This document shows positions 40,395-50,526 of a stretch of DNA of 64,000 bases, in pieces. The position numbers were made by a program, and so were the translations under genes. Below the pieces are notes generated by a model. It did no database searches. It had not been told where the DNA came from and worked only from the letters and a program-made list of their open reading frames with translations. Source of the stretch: a virus; IMG/VR virus record IMGVR_UViG_3300042691_052885, positions 2,255 to 66,254 of that record; one strand, 5' to 3'. The first letter of the stretch is position 1; every line of letters begins with the position of its first letter.

Positions 40395-40730
40395 ATGAAG
40401 TTTACACACAAAGATCTAACAATAGATCGAACACACCCAGATTTAGTAATTCTTTGCAGGTTCACAGGAACTAAACCTGATGATTTGCGAGGAACGTCAT
40501 CCTCAGTTCCAGGCGGAAGCATTTCCGGAAACTACCTAAAGGACCATTCGGTTAGAACCTGGACTAACATGGATATTGAAAAGCTTAAGCAACAAATTCG
40601 CGATGCTAACCGTTTAACGGAAGAATATGAATTTGAATATGTTGGCGTTTCTGACTACGAAGTTGAATGGGATAATGACCGAATATGGCCTGCAGATTTC
40701 CGTTTCGTATCCCGTAAAAAGAAAGCTTAA
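40395..40730 (+). CDS. Hypothetical protein
   Basis: 111-aa ORF. Confidence 0.6.
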   Translation: MKFTHKDLTIDRTHPDLVILCRFTGTKPDDLRGTSSSVPGGSISGNYLKDHSVRTWTNMDIEKLKQQIRDANRLTEEYEFEYVGVSDYEVEWDNDRIWPADFRFVSRKKKA

Positions 40731-40804
40731 TCTGTTAACACTGGGATCACTGGATCAAAACTCTTAATACTTAAAAGCATATAAAATAGTAAACCATATA
40801 CAAA

Positions 40805-41113
40805 ATGTCAGATATCACTAAAGATCACTCTATGACCTACCATTTATTCGGCGAGGCATACCAGGTAACTCTACAAAAAAGTACCTACAAAAATGGCGGA
40901 ACTGCCATACAATTATTTGATGCGGTGGACGGATTTCCGTTTGCAACCGCAACTACCTGGATGCCTGACTTGGCGGAAAATGAAGTAGCAATAAAAAACT
41001 ATTCTGAAAATGTAGGTATGCTCAACTTTCTTATGGAAAACGGAATTGTAGAAGCGCCTCACCGTGAAATTGAATCTGGATTTACAATTGTACCTGTATG
41101 CAAACTGAAGTAA
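40805..41113 (+). CDS. DUF4313-like protein
   Basis: YKNGGTAIQL...PFATAT...IKNYSEN...ESGF. Confidence 0.65.
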   Translation: MSDITKDHSMTYHLFGEAYQVTLQKSTYKNGGTAIQLFDAVDGFPFATATTWMPDLAENEVAIKNYSENVGMLNFLMENGIVEAPHREIESGFTIVPVCKLK

Positions 41114-42063
41114 TTCCTTACCATAACCGCGTTGGCTATGCCTGTATCAATATGACGCTAGCCCAAGAAGGAATTATGACAAATCGTGATGCAATCAAAA
41201 GAACATTTGAAATTAAAGGTCTTTCGCATATCAGTAAGCTGGCGCTTGCAAATGTAACTGACTTGGAAAAAATTGTTCACTGGAATGAACAAAATGGTTT
41301 TAAGTTTTACCGTGTATCATCGGGCCTATTTCCTTGGATGACGGAATACAATTTTGAGGATTTGCCTGACTGGGAAGAAATCAAAGTGGTGCTGCGCAGA
41401 ATTGGTAAGGCGGTTACCCGCGCTGGTGGCACAGGTCAAAGGTTGGAATTTCACCCAAGCCATTTTACTATTCTCGCTTCGCCTAATCCCAAGACTGTTG
41501 AAAAATCCATTAAAGATCTGGAACAGCACAGCCGCATCTTTGATGAAATGGGTTTGGAGCCATCTCATTGGAATCCTCTAAATATCCATGTAGGTGGAGC
41601 GTACGGAAATAAGGAAGAAGCAGCGCATCGTTGGTGTACAAACTTTTTGCGTCTGTCGGAAAATTGCCGTAAACGTGTGGTGGTGGAAAATGATGACAAG
41701 GCCAATATGTATTCCGTGGTGGATCTTCATAATATGATCTACCAAAAAGTAGGTGTTCCAATTACCTTTGACATCTTTCATCATACTTTTTGTACTGGCG
41801 ACTTGTCCTCACAGGAGGCTGCGGATCTTGCGGCAAGTACCTGGAAAGACGCTCCGATGGTAATTCACTGGTCTTCTTCAAAAAGAAATTATGAAACGCC
41901 TGACGCCAAAACGGTAGCACACGCGGATTACATATATGACGAATTTAATGACTGGGAAACTGGTGGTTGGTTTATGTGTGAGTCGAAAGCCAAAGAACTT
42001 AGTGTTTTGGAATACTGGGAAAAGGGCCCACGTCCACAGTTGTTAACAGAGAAAAAACTATAA
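41098..42063 (+). CDS. uvsE: UV-damage endonuclease UvsE/UVDE
   Basis: GYACIN, YRVSS, HPSHF, NIHVGG, ENDDK, FDIFHH, HADY, ESKAKE. Confidence 0.93.
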   Translation: MQTEVIPYHNRVGYACINMTLAQEGIMTNRDAIKRTFEIKGLSHISKLALANVTDLEKIVHWNEQNGFKFYRVSSGLFPWMTEYNFEDLPDWEEIKVVLRRIGKAVTRAGGTGQRLEFHPSHFTILASPNPKTVEKSIKDLEQHSRIFDEMGLEPSHWNPLNIHVGGAYGNKEEAAHRWCTNFLRLSENCRKRVVVENDDKANMYSVVDLHNMIYQKVGVPITFDIFHHTFCTGDLSSQEAADLAASTWKDAPMVIHWSSSKRNYETPDAKTVAHADYIYDEFNDWETGGWFMCESKAKELSVLEYWEKGPRPQLLTEKKL

Positions 42064-42085
42064 ACATCAATTGTATAAAAGAATT

Positions 42086-43426
42086 ATGAAACCAAAATAT
42101 ACGCCCGACACCATAAAGGCAATGATTAAAAATCCAAATCATGGTACGCCGGAAGCTGCCGAGTATTCCGAGGGCTTTTCTTTGAGAGAATACGGAAGAC
42201 CCCGTTCTTTTGACTATGTTAATCAGGTTCAACTGTATTCCAATGAATTCCCGGAAATACAAAAAGATCCGGATGTTCTTAAAATTCCTATGTACGCTCA
42301 CACGGTAAAGTACAATGTGGCGTATAATTATTTGAAAGAGGACGGCTGGGATGTTTGTTGGCTACGCAGTACATACACGGTACGCGAAATGGAAAAGCCA
42401 AACATGGTTTATATGACCAATCCCAAGTACCGTGGTTACTTATTGGAATTTGATTTGTCAGGGTATTCCATAGGAGCGGTAAAGCGTAAAAAATTCCAGC
42501 AACGGGAGGAAAATGCAATTGCTCCAAATATGCTAAAGCCCGATAGCAGATACAATGTTATTGTGACTGATATTACCGCAATTGATGAAATGACCCTGTA
42601 TACTCCAGGTAGAAATACGGAATACTGGAACGGGGAAATGGTTCAAGGGCTAATGGATTTTTTGAATGCAAATTGCGAAAAAAATGTTGACTATGAAGAG
42701 TCATCGGTTAACATTATTGTTGCAACCCGTGAAGGCTATAATGTCAAAAACTTTTCATTAGAAGCAGCTGCTCGAGAGTTTAACTTTCCAGATTTGCATT
42801 ATGGAGAAGGCTTTCAAAGTTTTCATGAGAATCTTCTTACCCGCATTAACGATGAAACCAAAGGCCTGGTACTTTTTCATGGAGATCCTGGAACTGGTAA
42901 AACCCAATACATCCGTCATTTGCTGCAAAAAATGAGTTCACTCAATAAGGCAGTTCTCTATTCTCCACCCGCGGTTACCGCTTCACTGGCAGAACCTCAA
43001 ATGATTAATTTCATTTCGGATTGGATCATGGAAGAAAACCGCGATTGCATACTGCTGATTGAGGATGCGGAACCGCTATTGGAATCACGTTCTGGTGGAG
43101 CCGATGGCCGAAGCAGTGGAATCTCAAATTTGCTGAATATCACCGATGGAATCCTAAATGATATCTTGGGACTGATGGTAATTGCCACCTTTAATACAAG
43201 CATTGATAACATTGATTCGGCGCTGCTGCGTCCTGGACGTCTGATTGCTCGAAAGGAATTTAAGAAAATGCCTCGGGAGCGCGCATACGAATTGGCAAAA
43301 GAATTAGGTTTGGAATTCAGTACGGATAAACCTGAAGTTTCTATTGCGGAATTCTACAATGGTTCAAACGATTCACGAGTTCTTACTCACGAGCATAAGG
43401 AAACAAAAAAGAAAATGGGCTTCTAA
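42086..43426 (+). CDS. AAA+ ATPase
   Basis: GDPGTGKT, LLIEDAE, IDSALLRPGR. Confidence 0.88.
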   Translation: MKPKYTPDTIKAMIKNPNHGTPEAAEYSEGFSLREYGRPRSFDYVNQVQLYSNEFPEIQKDPDVLKIPMYAHTVKYNVAYNYLKEDGWDVCWLRSTYTVREMEKPNMVYMTNPKYRGYLLEFDLSGYSIGAVKRKKFQQREENAIAPNMLKPDSRYNVIVTDITAIDEMTLYTPGRNTEYWNGEMVQGLMDFLNANCEKNVDYEESSVNIIVATREGYNVKNFSLEAAAREFNFPDLHYGEGFQSFHENLLTRINDETKGLVLFHGDPGTGKTQYIRHLLQKMSSLNKAVLYSPPAVTASLAEPQMINFISDWIMEENRDCILLIEDAEPLLESRSGGADGRSSGISNLLNITDGILNDILGLMVIATFNTSIDNIDSALLRPGRLIARKEFKKMPRERAYELAKELGLEFSTDKPEVSIAEFYNGSNDSRVLTHEHKETKKKMGF

Positions 43427-43439
43427 ATTAAACAACAAT

Positions 43440-43769
43440 ATGAAAACAAAAAGATTATTCTTAGCAATCCGTAAAGCACGCAAAGCATTTACTAAATCTA
43501 TTATTGATGATGTGGATGATTACCGTGTATTCAAGAAAAAGGCTCCGTATCACAGCAGATCTGCTTCGGTTGAAATGACAGAAAAAGATGAGCATCAGCT
43601 AACTCCAAAAGAAAAGATATTTGCATTGGAGCAGGCCATTCATAAAGTTCGTCTATGTGTTATGGATAACGAAGGCGAAAGCCGTGGCCGTCTCACTCGT
43701 GAGCAGTCATATATGCTTTGCGTATTCAAAAAGGAAATGGACGCTATAAAAAGTGGAGAGGTTTATTGA
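43440..43769 (+). CDS. Hypothetical protein
   Basis: ATG after A-rich leader. Confidence 0.55.
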   Translation: MKTKRLFLAIRKARKAFTKSIIDDVDDYRVFKKKAPYHSRSASVEMTEKDEHQLTPKEKIFALEQAIHKVRLCVMDNEGESRGRLTREQSYMLCVFKKEMDAIKSGEVY

Positions 43770-43835
43770 TATATAGAATGCTTAACTATCGAATAGCAAC
43801 TAGGCCTTCTAAAAAATATACCCCTATGGACAGTA

Positions 43836-44069
43836 GTGACAGTTCCACACCACAAAAAAGCGAGCCTTCCCCGGCCATCAACTTTAGCGCTCATCATTGC
43901 AACGTTCTTCAATCCTCTTGGATTCGACGCACTTTTTGCTTTGGCGATGAAATGGACTGGTTCTTTTCTAATAACGGACCTCATTTTTTATTGCGTATCA
44001 ATCCTCTTTTTCTGTTTGTATTACATCTTATCGAAAAGAGAAAAGCATAAACACAACAACATTCAATAA
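43836..44069 (+). CDS. Small two-TM membrane protein
   Basis: FFNPLGFDALF; between late motif 43768 and terminator. Confidence 0.55.
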   Translation: MTVPHHKKASLPRPSTLALIIATFFNPLGFDALFALAMKWTGSFLITDLIFYCVSILFFCLYYILSKREKHKHNNIQ

Positions 44070-44070
44070 G

Positions 44071-44097
44071 AAAGCCCAGAGTAATCTGGGTTTTTTT
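44071..44097 (+). terminator. Rho-independent terminator
   Basis: AAAGCCCAGA-gtaa-TCTGGGTTT + T run. Confidence 0.85.
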
Positions 44098-44133
44098 ATG
44101 AAAAACTTTTTACATCAAAAGAATATAACTAAT

Positions 44134-44310
44134 ATGGATAAAAAATTGGTAGAAACCGTAGCTCTTCTTGAAAAGAAACTAAAGTATTTAGAGGACAGAG
44201 TTAAGGCTTTGGAAAAAGCCAATTCCATGCATGCAAAACAGTTAAAAGAACATGGCGTTCAAATGGTGCATGCTCGCAAATCCGCAAAAAAGAAAACACC
44301 GTCCGTATGA
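44134..44310 (+). CDS. Small coiled-coil protein
   Basis: After ECF-like motif 44103. Confidence 0.55.
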   Translation: MDKKLVETVALLEKKLKYLEDRVKALEKANSMHAKQLKEHGVQMVHARKSAKKKTPSV

Positions 44311-44615
44311 AAATAATTAAGCATCGTAATCTGAATGATTGCAAAGTTTTAGTAGAATCAGAAAAAGGTGGAAAACACTATGCATTGGTCCAAACATCAA
44401 TGAGGAAAGTTTGGAGTTGGAAAGCAGGCTGGCATTGGAAAGAAACAACCAAAGACATATACTATATTTTGTGGGGGAACGAGCCCAACTACGAAACTAT
44501 GGGGTACACGGGAGTATTTACTGAAAAAGGCAATGCTGTAAAGAGTCAGTCAAATGCAATTAGTCTGTTTACAAAAATGATGATTGCCGGTGAACACCTC
44601 CATTTTAAGATGTAA
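44307..44615 (+). CDS. Hypothetical protein
   Basis: ATGA overlap. Confidence 0.6.
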   Translation: MKIIKHRNLNDCKVLVESEKGGKHYALVQTSMRKVWSWKAGWHWKETTKDIYYILWGNEPNYETMGYTGVFTEKGNAVKSQSNAISLFTKMMIAGEHLHFKM

Positions 44616-44827
44616 TGAGAAGGATTTTTCAAAACGGAGATAAGTACTACGTAGTTATTAGAGAAATTCCGTTACATAACTTTATGCGAAAGGACGGTAG
44701 CATTGTTTCCGAGGCCTTTAACGGTTGGAAGGAGCATTTAGGTGCAGAACATGTTCTGAAAAACAGTACTCACTTTCTCTTTTGCCACACAGTAGATGAT
44801 ATTAATTACCAAGAAATACCAGAATAA
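44615..44827 (+). CDS. Hypothetical protein
   Basis: TAATG overlap. Confidence 0.6.
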   Translation: MRRIFQNGDKYYVVIREIPLHNFMRKDGSIVSEAFNGWKEHLGAEHVLKNSTHFLFCHTVDDINYQEIPE

Positions 44828-44829
44828 CT

Positions 44830-45042
44830 ATGAATGAACGCGTTAAAATTTTGTTGCCTCTTTTTGTTTTTGCAATATTGTTAGCACTTAAAATGTTTGG
44901 TGGTCCTACTTTTGAAAGCATGAGTTGGTGGACCGTAACCATGCCATTATGGATCGGACCAGTTGTAATATGCATTGCACTTGTATGTGTGATTGCCTTT
45001 TCGATTGTAATGAGCTTTTTTGATGATGGTGTGGACCGTTAA
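44830..45042 (+). CDS. Small membrane protein
   Basis: LALK...SWWTVTMPLWI motif. Confidence 0.7.
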   Translation: MNERVKILLPLFVFAILLALKMFGGPTFESMSWWTVTMPLWIGPVVICIALVCVIAFSIVMSFFDDGVDR

Positions 45043-45045
45043 AAT

Positions 45046-45124
45046 TGTTAATAACTAATTGCCCAAACATTTTTTTCTTTGGGTTTTTGGTATTATTTTT
45101 ATCCTATCAAATTAATAATTAAAT
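45046..45124 (+). repeat. Cassette element copy 7
   Basis: CCCAAACA-T6-TCTTTGGG; ATG 45125. Confidence 0.9.
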
Positions 45125-45997
45125 ATGCGTAACAAACAATCACTTTTTAATCGGGCATGCGAATTTGTCAATACCGTTCCCGTAGGTTCCGCCTTCACAA
45201 GTAAAGAATACATTGGTGCAATTGGCAACTATGAAAATTCAACACCTTGGAAACGCGGTAATGGAAACCGTCATTACAACTGTCATCAGTACAAAGGGTA
45301 CCTAAAGAAAGCCGGGTTTATTAGTAAAATTGAACATGGCGTTTGGGGAGTAGACCGACACATTCCAAATTGGTTTGATTTTGGCCACCTATCGGTATTG
45401 TTAGGTTACGGCCCTCCCGTATACAAAGGTATGAACTACACGGATATCATTGCTCAGCTTGATCATGATGCTCACCATCCAAACGGAGTTAAACCACGAA
45501 AAAAATTGGCTAAGTTATACTCAACTAACCGTGAAACCTACGAATTCTTTATCCGCCGTGTAAAGGATATGGAAATCAATCTTTTCAAAACCAAGAATGA
45601 ATTGGCTGCATTTATTGAAGAAATCAAATGGCCTGGTATTGCAAGCGATGGCTCAAAGCCAACATACGCGGTTAAAGGAAACTACCAACCAATTATCGAT
45701 CACTTATTGGCTGACGGTTGGATTACTCAATTCTTTGACGGCTACCGATATTCATACACCGTAAATTATGATAAGCCGTATTCTGCAATGGTTAATAAAA
45801 GCAGCGAGTCAAAACCCGCTGGCCGTAAACAGGTTCGCGCCGCAGTGGTATCAGCAATCAGAACGGTGCCGCCTAACAAAACTAATTCTATTGATACTTC
45901 AAAAATGTTAAACCGTCTTGAAGCAATGGAACGGGTTGCAATAGCAATGGCTGAACAATTAGGTGAACTTATTCAAATCGTAAAAACACAATCATAA
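45125..45997 (+). CDS. Hypothetical protein, possibly two winged-helix domains
   Basis: LKKAGFISKIEHGVW and LLADGWITQ..GYRYSY. Confidence 0.55.
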   Translation: MRNKQSLFNRACEFVNTVPVGSAFTSKEYIGAIGNYENSTPWKRGNGNRHYNCHQYKGYLKKAGFISKIEHGVWGVDRHIPNWFDFGHLSVLLGYGPPVYKGMNYTDIIAQLDHDAHHPNGVKPRKKLAKLYSTNRETYEFFIRRVKDMEINLFKTKNELAAFIEEIKWPGIASDGSKPTYAVKGNYQPIIDHLLADGWITQFFDGYRYSYTVNYDKPYSAMVNKSSESKPAGRKQVRAAVVSAIRTVPPNKTNSIDTSKMLNRLEAMERVAIAMAEQLGELIQIVKTQS

Positions 45998-46009
45998 AAA
46001 TTAATTACT

Positions 46010-46390
46010 ATGGGATTAGACATGTATGCTTACCGTACATCGGTAAAACTTAGCAAATCGGTAGATTTCGCTAATGAAATTGAATGGGGAACCGCGACTG
46101 AATTCGCATATTGGAGAAAGCATCCAAACCTACACGGATGGATGGAAAACCTCTATTACAAAAAAGGCGGAGAGTCCGAATTTAATTGCGTTCCGGTAGA
46201 ACTTGTTGCAGAAGATTTGGATCGTCTTGAGAAAGACATTAAAGCAGGAAATCTTCCACACACTGGTGGATTTTTCTTTGGTAATTCTGACGGCAGCAAT
46301 GAAGAAACAAAAAAAGATTTGGAATTTGTAAACACGGCTCGTCAAGCAATCCTCGAAGGCGACCGTGTTTTTTACGATAGCTGGTGGTGA
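46010..46390 (+). CDS. Conserved phage protein (MGLDMY...YWRKH family)
   Basis: MGLDMYAY, YWRKHPNLHGWM, GFFFG, YDSWW. Confidence 0.75.
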   Translation: MGLDMYAYRTSVKLSKSVDFANEIEWGTATEFAYWRKHPNLHGWMENLYYKKGGESEFNCVPVELVAEDLDRLEKDIKAGNLPHTGGFFFGNSDGSNEETKKDLEFVNTARQAILEGDRVFYDSWW

Positions 46391-46394
46391 AAAT

Positions 46395-46814
46395 ATGAAA
46401 ATTAAAGACGGGAATAAAATTCCTGACCTGGTGGTATGGACGGAAGCTGACGGATTTGACGCCCGCTTAAAAAAGTACCCTACAAATCTAGGTGCGCCGG
46501 CTTTCGAGGCTCCTAATATGCAGCTTGCCAAAGCCGGCGCCGCTCAAAAAATGCTATCGGTATTTGAGCGGGAACGCCTTGAAATTATTGAAAAGATGAA
46601 GGACCTTTATGAAGAGTATGAAACTTCAATGATGGTATGGAACTCAAAAATTTCCTTTGAACCAATTGTTGGCCATACATATCATTTATACGAGTTCTCT
46701 TCCGGTAAAACTCTTTCATTGATTTCACCAAGCGAGTGGAAAAAACAGGATTGCTATATTGGCAGTTATACATTGACATCCGAAAACAAATGGAAAATTG
46801 TTAATAACTTTTAA
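46395..46814 (+). CDS. DUF2452-like protein
   Basis: FEPIVGHTYHLY...LSLISPSEW. Confidence 0.7.
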   Translation: MKIKDGNKIPDLVVWTEADGFDARLKKYPTNLGAPAFEAPNMQLAKAGAAQKMLSVFERERLEIIEKMKDLYEEYETSMMVWNSKISFEPIVGHTYHLYEFSSGKTLSLISPSEWKKQDCYIGSYTLTSENKWKIVNNF

Positions 46815-46876
46815 CCCAAACATTTTTTTCTTTGGGTTTTTGGTATTATTTTTATCCTATCAAATTTATTAAAAAT
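46799..46876 (+). repeat. Cassette element copy 8
   Basis: Contains the stop codon of the upstream gene; ATG 46877. Confidence 0.9.
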
Positions 46877-47239
46877 ATGAACTACACAAATTTTTCTAAA
46901 TCGCGTAAAAACGCAATTGAGTACATCTGCATTTCTATGAATGTGCAAGACATCACAACTCCACGCCAGGAAAAAAACGGAACAACCATGTTGTATGATC
47001 CAATTTCCGAAGCAAAATACACTTTGCATACAAACGGTTACATTCGCCGTTACACACAAAAACAATTTTGGCCTTACTCTGGACAATGGGTTGGATATCA
47101 ATTGAACCGCACTAAAAAAGTTTTTGGCGGAACTGAAAGAATTATGGCTTCTGCCGATGAGCAGATTGTAATTCTTATCAATGCAATTGTTAACTACCGC
47201 ACCTCGTATCTTAAATGCTTTAACCATACAAATTACTAA
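46877..47239 (+). CDS. Hypothetical protein
   Basis: Start reassigned to follow the repeat. Confidence 0.65.
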   Translation: MNYTNFSKSRKNAIEYICISMNVQDITTPRQEKNGTTMLYDPISEAKYTLHTNGYIRRYTQKQFWPYSGQWVGYQLNRTKKVFGGTERIMASADEQIVILINAIVNYRTSYLKCFNHTNY

Positions 47240-47727
47240 TGGGAACCAACTATTACCGCATACCTTCTGAAGAGGAAATGCAAAAACGCAAAGACGATTT
47301 GCTGAAAAGAATAGAAGAGATGGACATATCCGCTTCCGCGGCTTCCACAAATTTTTGCATCACAAATCCAGATGGGTGGGAACAATACAGTCCATGGGAT
47401 CTTTTTACAGAAGGTACCCGAGTACACTTAGGAAAACGCTCAGGCGGCTGGAAGTTTACTTGGAATTTCCATGAAGAGGAATACTACCAAGATAAAGCCA
47501 CGCTGGAAGCTTATGTTCGAAGTGGCCGTGTAATTGATGAATACGGTGAAGAACTTACACCTGATGAATTTTTGGAAATGGCGTATAATTGGTGTATTGA
47601 TGGATGGGACAGCCAAACCTATTATGAAGAACATCCGGAAAGCAGTATAGGCTGGATTGATTACAGTAAGCATATTGATCGCTACGTTGACGGTTTACGT
47701 GTATTTTCATCAACAGATTTTTGCTAA
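47239..47727 (+). CDS. Conserved phage protein
   Basis: MGTNYY, HLGKRSGGWKF, IDEYGEE motifs. Confidence 0.7.
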   Translation: MGTNYYRIPSEEEMQKRKDDLLKRIEEMDISASAASTNFCITNPDGWEQYSPWDLFTEGTRVHLGKRSGGWKFTWNFHEEEYYQDKATLEAYVRSGRVIDEYGEELTPDEFLEMAYNWCIDGWDSQTYYEEHPESSIGWIDYSKHIDRYVDGLRVFSSTDFC

Positions 47728-48194
47728 TGGCACTGGATAAAAACAAGGTTTGCAATGTTATGCTAGGCATGATGGGTGAACGGATTGTTGCCAAAATTCT
47801 ACGGGATCGCGGACAACAAGTGGAAGAATCGCTGGACCCTTTTGACGCAGAAAAAGATATGTTTGTTGACGGTGAACGGGTAGAAGTAAAAACCCAGGTT
47901 CCAATATTGACAGAAAATTCATTTGCGGTATCGGTTAGGCAGAGGACTAAATTGTACAATTGCAGATACGTCTATTTTGTTAGTGTTCCGCCTTCCAAAT
48001 GGCCGGATGAACTTGGCGGAAATGTATACGAATTGGACATGGCGGCTGACGTAAAGGCGTACCGGTGGTCAACAAATAATGGTAGAGAAATGATATGCTT
48101 TCCACGAAATCAATCTGCTATGAAACTCATTGGAAAGGTCACAGATGAGCGGCTGATAAATACAATGAAAGATCTATCAACCTCTTATTTGTAA
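47727..48194 (+). CDS. PD-(D/E)xK nuclease-like protein
   Basis: GMMGERIV...D.....VEVKT. Confidence 0.65.
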   Translation: MALDKNKVCNVMLGMMGERIVAKILRDRGQQVEESLDPFDAEKDMFVDGERVEVKTQVPILTENSFAVSVRQRTKLYNCRYVYFVSVPPSKWPDELGGNVYELDMAADVKAYRWSTNNGREMICFPRNQSAMKLIGKVTDERLINTMKDLSTSYL

Positions 48195-48199
48195 TTTGA

Positions 48200-48949
48200 A
48201 TGCAGCAACTCTACGTTTACATACCTTCATATTTTGGTAGTGGAGAAAAACGCAAAGAGAGAATACGCATTCATAATCAGCAATTAAATTGGTTATTGCA
48301 GTCGCCAAGAGTAAAACACATTTTTGTGTGTTCACAGGATTACCATTTTGGCGAAAAGAAAAAGCACGAAAAGATTTCATATATAGATCATCCACAAATT
48401 TCCCCTGCCTCTGCTCGAAATGTTTTGCTAGAACATTTTTACCAATCGGAAAATCCATTAGCAGTTTTTCTTGACAACGACATTTTTTCCGAGGACTACA
48501 GTTTTGATTTCTTTTGCAGATTTGCAGATGCGGTAAAGGAACACACGGATTACAATGTACTAATGTTTGCTGGGCAGAAAGAAAGTCCGTCCACAAAAAT
48601 TGCATGCCGGGTTAGTCCTACCACTTCATTCATTACCCAGTTTTTCTTTATCACAAAGAACACTGAACAGTATTTTGATGAAGCGCTAAAAGATATGGAG
48701 GACTATGAATTCGGTATACGTTTAAGATGCAATGGAGGCCAGTTATACAGCGCAGAGGATCATGGATTTTATCATCACACGTACGAAAACAGCGTAATAT
48801 ACGAATCATGGAGCGAACGCCAAACAAAGTATTCCGGCGTTAGAAATGAAATACACGAAAGATACGCAAAAATACTTGGGCTGCCTCTGTATCACTGGTT
48901 AGCTTTGCAGGAACACAAAAATATCACAATACAATTGAATAGGCTATGA
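48200..48949 (+). CDS. GT-A fold glycosyltransferase
   Basis: VYIPSY, ASARN, FLDND, MEDYEF. Confidence 0.7.
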   Translation: MQQLYVYIPSYFGSGEKRKERIRIHNQQLNWLLQSPRVKHIFVCSQDYHFGEKKKHEKISYIDHPQISPASARNVLLEHFYQSENPLAVFLDNDIFSEDYSFDFFCRFADAVKEHTDYNVLMFAGQKESPSTKIACRVSPTTSFITQFFFITKNTEQYFDEALKDMEDYEFGIRLRCNGGQLYSAEDHGFYHHTYENSVIYESWSERQTKYSGVRNEIHERYAKILGLPLYHWLALQEHKNITIQLNRL

Positions 48950-50526
48950 AAAAACTATTACTACTCTTATTGCTAATTCCAACATTGGTTTTTGGCCAAT
49001 GCGCTGGAAATCAGTCATTCACGCTTAACCCGGCGCCAGTAAACGGTACATATCAGCCAGGCACCGTAGTAACTATGTGTTATACCATGAATGGCTGGGA
49101 CACTGGCTTTGGATCTAATTGGATAGAAGGATTCGGTATTACGTTAGGTCCAGGCTGGGTTTCCTATACTCCGGTATCAGGACCCGATGACTGTGGAGGC
49201 GCTGTTGTAGATCAGGGCTGGCTTTGGCTCGAGACCATAACCAATAACGCAGGCACACTTACGGTAGGTCCAGGCTATTTTTATGAAGGTCCTACTGGCG
49301 TAATTGATGGCAACCCAGGAAATGATTGGGGAGACTTTGGTACCAATTGTTTGTGGACTTTTTGCGTTCAATTACAGGTGTCTGACGAATGTGATCCATT
49401 ATCGCTGTTAATAGAAGTAACGCCATACGCCGATGGCACAATGGGTAGCTGGGGAAATGAAGCTTGCTTTGATCCACCGTTTCAGGTGTTTGGAGGCACG
49501 ATAGCCGGCGGTGATGTTAATACGGATCCAATAACTCCGTGCCCAGATACGGTTTGCGATTTTACAACATCAGTATACGCTGTAAACAATACGCCAGGAT
49601 CTATTTATGATTGGCAATTAAGTGGAGGAGGCGCGCTAACAACTGATGGAGGACACGATGTTTCGGTATATTGGGGTGACGTTGATGGCGATTATATTTT
49701 AAGCGTTCAGGAAACCACTGCCGACGGCTGTGTAGGAGAGATCCAAACTTGTAGTGTACACTTGGTTAATCATAATAATTTTGTAACTCTTGGCGTTTCC
49801 GAGTACCGTTTATGTCCAGGCGAAATAGTTCCTCTGTTTGCAAGTCCATCAAACGGAGTATGGACCGGTGAACATGTTGTAGGACCGTTTTTTAATGCCG
49901 ATGAACCAGGCATATTTTATCCAACTTATCAATTGGATGTGTACGGTTGCCTATTTACTGGAACCACTACGGTATATGTAAGACCACCCTTTGAAGCGCT
50001 CCCAATTACGGCGTCAAGCAATTTTATTGATTTTTGCTATCAACCGTATCGCCAAATATATGAAGCACCGGATTCTGCGGGTTTTACATATACCTGGTAT
50101 GTGGATGGAGAAATCTTTAATGGAGTTGGACCAATTATAGAAGTGGATTATCCTGACAGCTCAATGAGCCATACTATAGAAGTTTTTGCAACCGATTCAA
50201 TTGGATGTAAAAGCGAAAAAACTGGAATACTTATAGATACTCAAGCCTGCTTACGTCTGTATGTTCCTCAATCGTTTACGCCAAACAATGATGGATATAA
50301 CGATGCTTTTACTGTTGTAGGATCAGCAATATATGAACCAAGACTTACAGTGTATAATCGATGGGGAGCGCCTATATTCTTTTCAAATTCTCTAAGACCT
50401 GGGTGGAACGGCAATGATGGTAACGGATATTATTGCGAACCTGGAATCTACCCCTGGTACTTTTCATACAAAGATGATCGAGGCTTTAACCATTCAACTC
50501 AAGGACATGTGGTACTTATTCGATAA
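48946..50526 (+). CDS. Secreted protein with T9SS type-B (gliding-motility-associated) C-terminal domain
   Basis: Sec signal MKKLLLLLLLIPTLVFGQ; LYVPQSFTPNNDGYND...YNRWG...WNG...GIY...GHVVLIR. Confidence 0.88.
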   Translation: MKKLLLLLLLIPTLVFGQCAGNQSFTLNPAPVNGTYQPGTVVTMCYTMNGWDTGFGSNWIEGFGITLGPGWVSYTPVSGPDDCGGAVVDQGWLWLETITNNAGTLTVGPGYFYEGPTGVIDGNPGNDWGDFGTNCLWTFCVQLQVSDECDPLSLLIEVTPYADGTMGSWGNEACFDPPFQVFGGTIAGGDVNTDPITPCPDTVCDFTTSVYAVNNTPGSIYDWQLSGGGALTTDGGHDVSVYWGDVDGDYILSVQETTADGCVGEIQTCSVHLVNHNNFVTLGVSEYRLCPGEIVPLFASPSNGVWTGEHVVGPFFNADEPGIFYPTYQLDVYGCLFTGTTTVYVRPPFEALPITASSNFIDFCYQPYRQIYEAPDSAGFTYTWYVDGEIFNGVGPIIEVDYPDSSMSHTIEVFATDSIGCKSEKTGILIDTQACLRLYVPQSFTPNNDGYNDAFTVVGSAIYEPRLTVYNRWGAPIFFSNSLRPGWNGNDGNGYYCEPGIYPWYFSYKDDRGFNHSTQGHVVLIR

